From IMG/VR virus record IMGVR_UViG_3300028840_004776: a DNA stretch of 20,597 bases; one strand, written 5' to 3'. The notes beneath the pieces were generated by a model. It saw nothing but the letters and a program-made list of their open reading frames with translations, was not told the origin of the DNA and did not search any database. Shown here piece after piece: positions 6,856-15,664 of this stretch. Source of the stretch: an uncultured virus (IMG/VR IMGVR_UViG_3300028840_004776). Its lineage: Duplodnaviria; Heunggongvirae; Uroviricota; Caudoviricetes. Numbering within the stretch: position 1 is the first letter of the stretch; the number at the start of each line of letters is the position of its first letter. Made by a program: the position numbers and the translations under genes.

Positions 6856-9240
6856 ATGTTAATTAAAGATAATAACGAATCAGAACAAAATGTCAACAAC
6901 AAAAAAACAATTTGTGACATAGCTGTTTGGTACGCGACAAAATTTGGTTGGTTCGTGTTTCCTGTTTGGTGGATAAATCCGCATACTGGCCATTGTGCTT
7001 GTCAAGAAGGACCAAACTGCACACGCCCAGGAAAGCATCCACTTGTCGGGCAATGGAAAGTTGCAGCAACTAATTTTGATAAAACAATAATGCATTGGTG
7101 GAAAAAATGGCCACTTGCAAATATTGCGATTATAACAGGAAGAAAATCAGGATTGGTTGTTGTTGATATTGATTTAAAAGATAAAATCAGTGGAATTAAA
7201 GCAAATTTATCATTCCCTGATTTAGTAGAAGAAATACAGTTGAATACAAATACAATTACTGCAATAACTGGCTCAGGAGGAAAGCATCTATTTTATAAAT
7301 ATCCAGAAATAGATAAAAAAATTCCATGTGTTACAAACCTACGTAATGGAATAGATATTAGAGCCGACGATGGATATGTTGTTGTCCCACCATCAATACA
7401 TATTTCAGGAAAACGATATTCATGGAATATGTATTTCAAACCATCAAAAGCAAAATTACTTGAATTAAATGACAAATTACTCAAACTAATACTTGAAAAA
7501 AAAACACCAACCAAACCACCAACCAAAAAAAAACAAAAAAAAGATAAAGACAAAGATATTCTGCTGAAAAATATTCATACCACAAAATTTGGGTATTCGT
7601 TACTGCGCATCCATATTAAAGAACTAAATGAAGCAGAAAAAGGCACACGAAATGATACTTTAAATAAAATCTCATATACAATTGGTGGTTATATTTCAAC
7701 AGGATTCATTAATGAATATGAAGCCATTGTTGAATTAAAAAATGCAGCAAAAAAAATTGGACTATCAGAAAATGAAGCATCAAGAACCATTCAGTCCGGA
7801 ATAAAAAACGGATTAAAGCACCCAATGACTCCCATGGGGGATTCATTGACAATTCGACGATTAACGGATCATGGAAATGCATACCGAATAATTGGTGAAT
7901 TCGGTGAAAACATTAAATATTCAACAACAAAAGGTAAATGGTATCGATGGAACAAACATGTATGGAAAATTGATGAGTTTGATACCGCATCATTGGATTT
8001 ACATATTAGTATGTTGGCCATTATGCAAAATGAAACTAGTAATATTGATGACAAAGATGAAAAAAAAGTTGTTCAAAAATTCATCAATAAATCACACAAT
8101 CTTCCAGCAATTAATGCAACCAGAAAGTTGATAAAACAATTTGATATTGTTACCGTAAATGATCGCTTTTTTAATAGAGACAAAATGAAGCTAAATTGTC
8201 TAAATGGAACGATAAATTTGAAAACCGGAGATCTGTGTGCACATATTCCGGATGACTACATAACAAAAACAATTCCAGTGGAATATAATAGAAACGCAAA
8301 ATGTAACAGATGGATGCAGTTTTTGAATGAAATTATGGATGGAAACAAAGAAGTTATTGATTACATTCAACGAGCTATTGGATATTCATTAACAGGAAAA
8401 ACAAAAGAACAAGTATTTTTTATTATGCACGGTGATGGCGCAAACGGAAAATCGACATTTATAGAAGTTATTTCTGAATTGTTGGGAGATTACTTCAAAC
8501 AAGCAGATATGAATTCATTTTTAGAAACAAATCAAAACAACAATATAAAAAATGATCTTGCACGGTTATCCGGAGCAAGATTTGTGACATCATCAGAAAT
8601 AGAACAAAATAAGAAATTATCTGAAAGTTTGGTGAAATTATTAACTGGAAGCACGAATATCACTGCAAGATTTCTTTATAAAGAATATTTTTCTTATAAA
8701 CCAAACTTCAAACTTTGGCTTGAAACAAATCATAAACCAAAAATAAAAGGCACCGACAAAGGTATTTGGCGTCGAATAAATTTGATTCCTTTCAACGCGT
8801 CCTTTGACAACGAAAAACGTGACAAAGATCTTCGTGAAAAATTATTAAATGAACTTCCGGGAATACTTAATTGGGCAATCGAAGGTTGCGTTCAATGGCA
8901 AAAAATTGGTCTCGGTCCACCCATGGTTGTGCTCGCTGCTAACTCTGAGTATCAAAATGAGCAAGATCCAATTGGAGAATTTTTGGATAATTGGTGCAAT
9001 ATTGGAAATGATTATTACACCTCAACAGGATCACTTTACAAAGGATACCAAGAATGGTGTAAAATCAACGGGCAAAAACCATGGACACATAAAGCATTCA
9101 GTATGTACATGAAGAAAAAATTTGAATATAAAAATGTCAATGGCAGAAAAAGAATTTTCATTGGCGTAGATTTACTACCGGCATATGAACGATTTGAAGA
9201 TGAGAATTTTTGTGAAAATGGTTTTGATGGAAAGTTTTAA
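6856..9240 (+). CDS. Bifunctional primase-polymerase fused to D5/P4-family SF3 helicase
   Basis: Prim-Pol motifs CAC...C.RPGKHP, ANIAIITG, VVVDID, TGSGGKHLFY, DIRADDGYVVVPPSIH; LTDHGNA and LNCLNGTINLKTG (D5 N-terminal); Walker A GDGANGKST; VKLLTG, TNHKP, GIWRR. Confidence 0.95.
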   Translation: MLIKDNNESEQNVNNKKTICDIAVWYATKFGWFVFPVWWINPHTGHCACQEGPNCTRPGKHPLVGQWKVAATNFDKTIMHWWKKWPLANIAIITGRKSGLVVVDIDLKDKISGIKANLSFPDLVEEIQLNTNTITAITGSGGKHLFYKYPEIDKKIPCVTNLRNGIDIRADDGYVVVPPSIHISGKRYSWNMYFKPSKAKLLELNDKLLKLILEKKTPTKPPTKKKQKKDKDKDILLKNIHTTKFGYSLLRIHIKELNEAEKGTRNDTLNKISYTIGGYISTGFINEYEAIVELKNAAKKIGLSENEASRTIQSGIKNGLKHPMTPMGDSLTIRRLTDHGNAYRIIGEFGENIKYSTTKGKWYRWNKHVWKIDEFDTASLDLHISMLAIMQNETSNIDDKDEKKVVQKFINKSHNLPAINATRKLIKQFDIVTVNDRFFNRDKMKLNCLNGTINLKTGDLCAHIPDDYITKTIPVEYNRNAKCNRWMQFLNEIMDGNKEVIDYIQRAIGYSLTGKTKEQVFFIMHGDGANGKSTFIEVISELLGDYFKQADMNSFLETNQNNNIKNDLARLSGARFVTSSEIEQNKKLSESLVKLLTGSTNITARFLYKEYFSYKPNFKLWLETNHKPKIKGTDKGIWRRINLIPFNASFDNEKRDKDLREKLLNELPGILNWAIEGCVQWQKIGLGPPMVVLAANSEYQNEQDPIGEFLDNWCNIGNDYYTSTGSLYKGYQEWCKINGQKPWTHKAFSMYMKKKFEYKNVNGRKRIFIGVDLLPAYERFEDENFCENGFDGKF

Positions 9241-9246
9241 TTTTGT

Positions 9247-10011
9247 TTACTTATAAACAATTGAATATGAAGTATTTTTAAAAATATCTTTTACTGGAAC
9301 ACGTGCCTGTAAATTTTCTGTAATAATATCCACTTGATCAAAAACCATTTGATGTGGATTCGTATCAAATGGTTTTGGTGTATTTGATTTGCGTAAAGAA
9401 TTTATCTCAAAATTTATTGTATCAATTGAAGACAATGTGTCATTTTTTGTTGATACAAAATCTTGGGTATCAGCTAGTTGTTGATGAACGATCTCCCCAT
9501 GGGTCAGATACAGAATTACTAAATTGTCTTCGATAGCATTTAGGCCATCATTGTAGCCCATTTCCCAAATGAACTTAAATTCGTCATTTTTTGATATAAT
9601 TTCCCAATACTCAGAAAAATTTAAGAAATTTGGATCTTTTTTGATATTTTTTTCCCACTCTGACCAGAAATGATCAAGTACGGCATCGTGAGCCGAGGCG
9701 GCAGCAGATGTCGTTACAACTGTCTGTGCATCGATGACCAATTGGACGCCGCTTGACTCAAGTAAAAACAAACCTCTCAGGTGTTCAGAAAAATCAATGA
9801 TATTTTTTACACGATATACCGTTATTGATTCATCTACTTCAATTACTTGTGTGACGTAGAGAAAAGTGCCTTGAGCTTTCCTCAAGGCATCAATCAATTT
9901 TTCATAAGTTTCTGTCGTGTCGTATGGTTGACCAATAAATTGGCCAACATAATAATTGTTTTTAGAGAAAAAGAATTTTTCTCTCTCTTCCCTATGAACC
10001 CCTTTTTCCAT
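9247..10011 (-). CDS. Hypothetical protein
   Basis: Long ORF convergent with the primase; start reassigned to ATG at 10011 (MEKGVH...) behind GGAGGT at 10021-10026. Confidence 0.75.
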   Translation of the reverse strand: MEKGVHREEREKFFFSKNNYYVGQFIGQPYDTTETYEKLIDALRKAQGTFLYVTQVIEVDESITVYRVKNIIDFSEHLRGLFLLESSGVQLVIDAQTVVTTSAAASAHDAVLDHFWSEWEKNIKKDPNFLNFSEYWEIISKNDEFKFIWEMGYNDGLNAIEDNLVILYLTHGEIVHQQLADTQDFVSTKNDTLSSIDTINFEINSLRKSNTPKPFDTNPHQMVFDQVDIITENLQARVPVKDIFKNTSYSIVYK

Positions 10012-10072
10012 TTTTTTGTGACCTCCATTATTAATGGTATACAAAATAATAATTGTATACAAGAAAAAAATA

Positions 10073-10155
10073 ATATTTATTATTTTGTTTACACGCACCT
10101 AGTAGTGCTTTGTGTAGCTACATATTTATTATTTTGTTTACACGCACCTAGTAGT
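10073..10155. repeat. 34-bp exact direct repeat x2
   Basis: atatttattattttgtttacacgcacctagtagt at 10073-10106 and 10122-10155, separated by 15 nt. Confidence 0.9.
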
Positions 10156-10209
10156 ATTTTGGTGTAAGCAAAATATTCACAAATACATAAATGTAGTATC
10201 AGCAACAAA

Positions 10210-10364
10210 CCCATGGGGGGATTTGTACATGGCCACACCAAAGGGTTGATGTAATCCCATGGGGGGATTTGTACATGGCCACACCAAAGGGTTGATGTAA
10301 TCCCATGGGGGGATTTGTACATGGCCACACCAAAGGGTTGATGTAATCCCATGGGGGGATTTGT
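10210..10364. repeat. 46-bp perfect tandem repeat, 3 full copies plus a partial
   Basis: Unit cccatggggggatttgtacatggccacaccaaagggttgatgtaat starting at 10210, 10256, 10302 and 10348 (partial). Confidence 0.95.
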
Positions 10365-10609
10365 GTTGTGTTGATTTTTTTATTGGCAAATATAATGTGT
10401 TCCGTGTTGTTAAAAAATATTATAATCCGTGTTTTATTATCACGGAACACAACAAGGATAAACCCATGTACCGGTTATGGTTTTTGTTTCCGGTAAACAA
10501 GTAATCCCCATGGGTTTTTTGTTTCTCCGTTTTTTATAAACCACCAAACTCCGGTATCACAACATCTATGACACAAGCGATGTAATCCACCATGGGGATT
10601 ATTTGTTCC

Positions 10610-10882
10610 TTTTGTAACTTATTTTTTTTACAACGCGTTGTTCGCGTGAGCATTTTTTTACTTTTGTAACTTATTTTTTTTACAACGCGTTGTTCGCGTG
10701 AGCATTTTTTTGTAATTAGTTCGCGTGAGCATTTTTTTGTAATTAGTTCGCGTGAGCATTTTTTTACTTTTGTAACTTATTTTTTTACAACGCGTTGTTC
10801 GCGTGAGCATTTTTTTGTAATTAGTTCGCGTGAGCATTTTTTTGTAATTAGTTCGCGCGGATGAATACGTGCGAACTAATTA
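10610..10882. repeat. Composite iteron-like array ending in an inverted repeat
   Basis: Core gttcgcgtgagcattttttt at 10640, 10692, 10719, 10746, 10797, 10824 and partial at 10851 (spacings 52,27,27,51,27,27); inverted pair taattagttcgc (10845-10856) / gcgaactaatta (10871-10882). Confidence 0.93.
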
Positions 10883-11131
10883 AATTTTATTAATACTTGT
10901 ATTATTTATGTTAGTGGTGATTTATTTTTGGCACAAAATTAGCAAATCCTATTTTTATATTTAATTAAAGACTTTTTGTAAAAACATACGCGTGATCTTT
11001 TTTAATAATATTTGTATTTAACAATGGAAAATTCCTTATCAGGAGTATAATATTCCAGTATTTATTTTTTTCTGTATTGAATAAATTCAATACTTTAGTT
11101 ATTTTATATTTGATACAAATTACATTTCTTG

Positions 11132-11162
11132 ACAGATTGAATTTTTCAAAAATTCAATCTGT
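11132..11162. repeat. 31-bp palindrome (15-bp perfect arms, 1-nt centre)
   Basis: acagattgaattttt-c-aaaaattcaatctgt. Confidence 0.9.
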
Positions 11163-11617
11163 ATCAATTGATATTATTGCATTTATACATATGATACACA
11201 TTTTTGCATTAAAACATGAATTAAAAAAATTTGGTGAAATAGGGGGGGTAATAGCATAATATATATTAAGTATAAATGTTTATTAGGAATGGAGAGGGGG
11301 GAAAAATATATATAAACAATAGGGTTTTAGTGTATCATGTATCAATGATGATTTTTTGCGATTCATAACACTATGAAATAATTCAACAAATAGACTAAAT
11401 TTTTTGAAAATTCTAAAATATTATCTGCATCAAATGGCACAATTTGACACAAAAATGAGGTCATAAACTACCCACCCCTGGGTCAATAGTTACCCATGAG
11501 GTCATAAATGACCTACCATCATAAAATTAGAATAGTTCAGTTTTTTGTGGGCATTGCTCGATTTTTTTTCGAGCAATTACAAAAAAAACTTGAGTCTGTT
11601 ATGAATTTTCTATACAA

Positions 11618-12271
11618 TTGCTGTCAATGTCGGACAATGAATCCAATTTCGTGCTAACAGCACCAAGCAGACGAGAATGCCCACAAAAGGGTAAGCCCCA
11701 TGGGGCTCCTCAGAAAGCTCCTCAGAAAGCTCCTCAGAAAGCTCCTCAGAAGACCGAGAAGCATTCTGGACCAAATACATTACAACAGCTCTTAAGACAG
11801 CGTAAGCCCCACAAGAGGGCCAGCAATAGTCATCAATACCCCATGGGGCATGAAACCACTCAGAGTGGCAGCAATGCCCACAAAAAACCCATGGGGCATG
11901 AAACCACTCAGAGGGCCAGCAATAGTCATCAATACCCCATGGGGTCAGAAGTCATTCTTGATCATCAACATGACCGAACACAAAAAATTCTCAATGGAAC
12001 CGTTGATGACTTTGTGGCTGATCCAAAAAAGCCAACAATTTTATTCGAGTGCACCCATGGGGTTATCTATTTTGTAAGCTCTATTGAAAAATATAAAAAG
12101 TTAATACAAGAAAATAAAATCGTTTTTACTCCAAAAGAAATTGAAAAAATAATAAAATTAAAACAAAATAAAAATTATACTCAAGAAAAAAGTTTTGAGC
12201 TTATTGAGAAAATAATAGAAACCAAAAAAGTTTTTCCGGCAACACGAATTACAGAAATCAAAGTTTCATGA
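11618..12271 (+). CDS. Hypothetical protein with repetitive N-terminal half
   Basis: 217 aa (ATG at 11627 is an alternative start); QKAP and PMGHETTQ repeats, then a globular-looking C-terminus; ATGA overlap with the resolvase gene. Confidence 0.65.
   Translation: MLSMSDNESNFVLTAPSRRECPQKGKPHGAPQKAPQKAPQKAPQKTEKHSGPNTLQQLLRQRKPHKRASNSHQYPMGHETTQSGSNAHKKPMGHETTQRASNSHQYPMGSEVILDHQHDRTQKILNGTVDDFVADPKKPTILFECTHGVIYFVSSIEKYKKLIQENKIVFTPKEIEKIIKLKQNKNYTQEKSFELIEKIIETKKVFPATRITEIKVS
11705..11751. repeat. 12-bp tandem repeat x4 encoding APQK
   Basis: gctcctcagaaa at 11705, 11717, 11729 and 11741 (11/12). Confidence 0.92.
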
Positions 12272-12870
12272 GTACTATTAAATTACCACGGCTATTGTGT
12301 GTTGACCCTGGTAAGGTGTGCGGTGTTTCATTGTTTGTTCCGAAGTCATGTGTGGTATCCCATGGGGACTCGCAAGATTTTGTTTGCAAAATTAGATACT
12401 CAATTACAGTTCATCAAAAAATGAAAACGAATAGTTTTGATGTATATTCTTTTTTGAAAAGTATAAATTTTGGATATTTTTTTGATAAATTAATTATCGA
12501 GGATCAGTTTATTGGTAAATTTGGTAAATCAAATCAAACGACAGTATTTAATTTGGTGCAATCTAAATCATATTGGATTGTATTATATGAATTAATTATG
12601 TCAAAAATTGGAAAGAATGCTGAGATAATTCAAATAAAACCAACAACATGGCAATCGTATATGATGCCTAAATTTGGTAAAGATAAGAATATTAATAATA
12701 AGAAAAAATCAATTGAATTATGTAATAAATTATGTGGTATTAAAACAAATGACCATGTTGCTGATTCTATAATGATGGGTATTTATTATCTGAATAATTT
12801 TTGGAAAGATCATGATATTCTTTCAAAATACTCAAAAGTTAGTTTTGAGTTTGATGATTACATTGAGTAA
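12268..12870 (+). CDS. RuvC-like Holliday junction resolvase (RNase H fold)
   Basis: LLCVDPG, LIIEDQF, IKPTTWQ and DHVADSIMMG supply the D, E, D..D catalytic pattern. Confidence 0.8.
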   Translation: MSTIKLPRLLCVDPGKVCGVSLFVPKSCVVSHGDSQDFVCKIRYSITVHQKMKTNSFDVYSFLKSINFGYFFDKLIIEDQFIGKFGKSNQTTVFNLVQSKSYWIVLYELIMSKIGKNAEIIQIKPTTWQSYMMPKFGKDKNINNKKKSIELCNKLCGIKTNDHVADSIMMGIYYLNNFWKDHDILSKYSKVSFEFDDYIE

Positions 12871-12887
12871 ACACAAAGGAGAAAAAA

Positions 12888-13100
12888 ATGATAATCAAAA
12901 TTGGTAAAGAACATCCTGTAACTGTTGATACAGTTGGTGAAAGAGTTGAGCTCGAAGAAGTATATTGTGGTCTTGGAATTCAAACAGAACAGGGACATTT
13001 TAGTGTATGTCAAAGAGATCATGGAATACATGTTTTGTTAGATGGATATATTGTTTTTGCGAGCTGTGATAATTTACCAAAAACTTCTTCGCTTGATTAA
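12888..13100 (+). CDS. Small hypothetical protein
   Basis: 70 aa; AAGGAG RBS 7 nt upstream of the ATG. Confidence 0.65.
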   Translation: MIIKIGKEHPVTVDTVGERVELEEVYCGLGIQTEQGHFSVCQRDHGIHVLLDGYIVFASCDNLPKTSSLD

Positions 13101-13153
13101 GATTTTTGAACAGTAATACATTTTTGTAGATTGTGTTACATGAGTGATTTTTG

Positions 13154-13434
13154 TAATGTTTATGGTGTGTTATGAATGCTTGTGTGAACAGCGTTTATTT
13201 GCTGAATAGTGCTCAGCAGATGAATGCTGTTTCGCATACGCTGTTTAGTGTACACAAGCAAGGTTTTATAATGTTTATGGTGTGTTATGAACAATTATGT
13301 GAATGGTATTCATTTGGTGAACGCTGTTTAGCGTGTATAAGCAAGATTTATTCTGGGTTATTTTGGAAAACATTTATCTAATATTTTTATATATTTGGAA
13401 TAGTTTTTGATAAACGTTTTCCAAAATAACTTAG
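13154..13434 (+). ncRNA. Candidate structured RNA or leader
   Basis: Nested helices 13177-13186/13251-13260, 13187-13194/13238-13245, 13198-13205/13213-13220, 13224-13227/13234-13237, plus a 22-bp stem 13357-13378/13409-13430; no family recognised. Confidence 0.35.
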
Positions 13435-13452
13435 GGTAAAGGGACAAAGAAA

Positions 13453-13962
13453 ATGACAATTAATAACGCATTAAGAAATCTTGAGTATCGACTTGATGGT
13501 TTAAAAAATAAAAACAAATCTTATGAATCCATTACTTGGTTTTGTGAGAGGTTTGCGCATGATTTCGTTTATTTGGCCAGTCCATATAGTTCCCCATGGG
13601 ATCAATTGAAAAAGAATCGATTTAAAGAAATTAGTTTGATTGCTGCTTATTTGTATCGTCAATTAATTAAATTAAATACTGTTATTTATTCACCGATATG
13701 CCATGGAGTTCCAATGGCTGTGGTTGATAAAAATCTTCAAGGCGATTATGAATATTGGCGAAAATTTGACGAGGCTTTTATGTTAAAATCAACAAAGTTG
13801 ATGGTTGTTTGCATGGGTGGTTGGAAAAAATCCAAGGGTGTAAGAGCTGAAATTGATTTTGCTAAACAAATAGATTTACCTATTTATTATTGTTTTACTA
13901 AGAACAGATCTATGTTCATAACAAATAAAGATAGTGATCTTGTTGGATTTAATTTGGGTTGA
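13453..13962 (+). CDS. DUF1937-family protein (nucleoside 2-deoxyribosyltransferase-like fold)
   Basis: VYLASPYS, YSPICHG, YEYWRKFD and GWKKSKGVRAEIDFAKQIDLPIYY motifs. Confidence 0.85.
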   Translation: MTINNALRNLEYRLDGLKNKNKSYESITWFCERFAHDFVYLASPYSSPWDQLKKNRFKEISLIAAYLYRQLIKLNTVIYSPICHGVPMAVVDKNLQGDYEYWRKFDEAFMLKSTKLMVVCMGGWKKSKGVRAEIDFAKQIDLPIYYCFTKNRSMFITNKDSDLVGFNLG

Positions 13963-13990
13963 AAAAAAGGAGCAAAAAAGGAGCAAAAAA

Positions 13991-14590
13991 ATGGATGAGA
14001 CAAAAAGAAGAATGCTTGAGTTATTGAAAAATAAATCATTCAAGCAAGGTGAATTTACTCTTGCATCGGGTAAAAAGAGCGATTTTTTTATTGATTGCAA
14101 GGAAGTAACTCTTATGGCTCAAGGGTTATTGTATTCTGGTTTGATTTTTTTTGATTTTATTAAACGTTGGTATTTGTGCGGAAGTTATAAGGTAGATTAT
14201 CTTGTTGGTGTTCCGCTTGGTGGTTGTACGATTGTTGATGCTACTGCTTTTGTTTGTTCATTGAATAAAATTGATATGAACATTCTTTATATAAGAGATA
14301 CTAAAAAGAATCATGGAACAAAACAACGAATTGAAGGTTTGAAATCAATACATAAAGGTAATAAGGTTATTTTGATTGAAGATGTTGTTACAACCGGTGG
14401 ATCATCAATAAATGCAATTAGGGTGCTTCATGATGCTGGATTAAAAGTCGAATGTGTTTTGACTTTGATTGATAGATTAGAAGGTGGATCAGAGAATATC
14501 AAAAACAAAACAGGAGTTTATCTTTATTCTATATTTACAAGAAATAATTTTATCAAAGAAATTGATAGTAAAAATGAGGTGATAAAATGA
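13991..14590 (+). CDS. pyrE: Orotate phosphoribosyltransferase
   Basis: GEFTLASGKKSDFFID, GVPLGG, IRDTKKNHGT flexible loop, PRPP motif VILIEDVVTTGGS, LIDRLEGG; start reassigned to ATG at 13991 behind AAGGAG. Confidence 0.92.
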   Translation: MDETKRRMLELLKNKSFKQGEFTLASGKKSDFFIDCKEVTLMAQGLLYSGLIFFDFIKRWYLCGSYKVDYLVGVPLGGCTIVDATAFVCSLNKIDMNILYIRDTKKNHGTKQRIEGLKSIHKGNKVILIEDVVTTGGSSINAIRVLHDAGLKVECVLTLIDRLEGGSENIKNKTGVYLYSIFTRNNFIKEIDSKNEVIK

Positions 14591-15660
14591 ATAAAAAAGA
14601 TACAAATTTATCATACAAAGAATTAATAAAAAGATTTGAAGAACGTATAAAAAGTTGTGATAGTTGCAATAGTCGCAAAGAACAAGAATATGGACATGGA
14701 CAAAAACAGATACCACAGGCATTGCAGGCTGCGCAAGCATTGCAGGCTGCGCAAGCATTGCAGGTTGCGAATGTGTTAAAGGTACCTTACGCATCTCATG
14801 CTCCACAGGCTCCACAGGCAGCGCAGGCATCTCATGCTCCACAGGCAGCGCAGGCTCCACAGGCTCCACAGGCAGCGCAGGCAGCACAGGCAGCGCAGGC
14901 AGCACAGGATCCACAGGCAGCGCAGGCAGCACAGGCAGCGCAGGCAGCGCAGGCAGCACAGGCAGCGCAGGCAGCACAGGCTCCACAGGCAGCGCAGGCA
15001 GCACAGGCTCCACAGGCAGCGCAGGCAGCACAGGATCCACAGGCAGCGCAGGCAGCACAGGATCCACAGGCAGCGCAGGCAGCACAGGATCCACAGGCAG
15101 CACAGGCAGCACAGGATCCACAGGCAGCGCAGGCAGCACAGGATCCACAGGCAGCACAGGCAGCACAGGCTCCACAGGCAGCGCAGGCAGCACAGGATCC
15201 ACAGGCAGCACAGGCAGCACAGGCTCCACAGGCAGCGCCTCAACAAGAACAAGCAGAAAAATATGAATTAAATGTTATTATTTATTTTGATAAAAATTAT
15301 TGGAATGGAGTTTTTGATTTTGTGGTCAATTGTTTTGATATTGGTATAACAAAAGAAAAAATTCATAAAAGGATTGATGAATTTATAAAAATAATTGTAA
15401 TCAAATATTTTGATAAAATAAATACCAATGGATCATTATTAGGTACCAAAATTATTAATGAATTAAATATTGATGTCGAATCTGTGTTTTGTGAAAAAAA
15501 CAAAGGAAAAGGACCAGTCGTTGTTTATATTGATTCTGATAATAAGTTGTTTTCTTTTGATAATACTTACTGTGTGTGTAAGATGTTTGAAGTTGTTGTT
15601 CATAATGAATTATTTAGGTCGTTGTATGACTTGATACAAAGAGATACAAAAAGGAGATAG
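14587..15660 (+). CDS. Hypothetical protein with a long Gln/Ala/Pro tripeptide-repeat tract
   Basis: 357 aa; ATGA overlap with pyrE; AT-rich unique ends flank about 170 aa of QAA/QAP/QDP repeats. Confidence 0.75.
   Translation: MNKKDTNLSYKELIKRFEERIKSCDSCNSRKEQEYGHGQKQIPQALQAAQALQAAQALQVANVLKVPYASHAPQAPQAAQASHAPQAAQAPQAPQAAQAAQAAQAAQDPQAAQAAQAAQAAQAAQAAQAAQAPQAAQAAQAPQAAQAAQDPQAAQAAQDPQAAQAAQDPQAAQAAQDPQAAQAAQDPQAAQAAQAPQAAQAAQDPQAAQAAQAPQAAPQQEQAEKYELNVIIYFDKNYWNGVFDFVVNCFDIGITKEKIHKRIDEFIKIIVIKYFDKINTNGSLLGTKIINELNIDVESVFCEKNKGKGPVVVYIDSDNKLFSFDNTYCVCKMFEVVVHNELFRSLYDLIQRDTKRR
14715..15238. repeat. GC-rich 9-bp-unit tandem array with 18- and 27-bp higher-order periods
   Basis: Units caggcagcg, caggcagca, caggctcca, caggatcca; preceded by gcattgcaggctgcgcaa repeats. 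Confidence 0.95.
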
Positions 15661-15664
15661 AAAA

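Larger units (their letters stand above)
10012..11617. other. Candidate replication origin / divergent control region
   Basis: About 1.6 kb with no credible gene, flanked by divergent genes, with repeat arrays followed by a long very AT-rich tract, near a primase-helicase gene. Confidence 0.55.

Noticed and set aside
10089..10450. Three overlapping minus-strand ORFs (87, 70 and 83 aa)
   Set aside because: They arise because the 46-bp unit lacks stops and cycles the same peptides through all frames.
10210..10882. CRISPR array
   Set aside because: Units are head-to-tail copies or reuse two fixed linkers; there are no unique spacers and no cas operon.
13172..13381. 69-aa ORF
   Set aside because: No clear RBS and its sequence is explained by repeats and stems; not called, although not disproved.
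14489..15271. Alternative-frame ORFs (PVLPAL, LCCLRC and HRQRRQ repeats)
   Set aside because: Shadows of the 9-bp array; only 14587-15660 has coupled start and unique domains on both sides.
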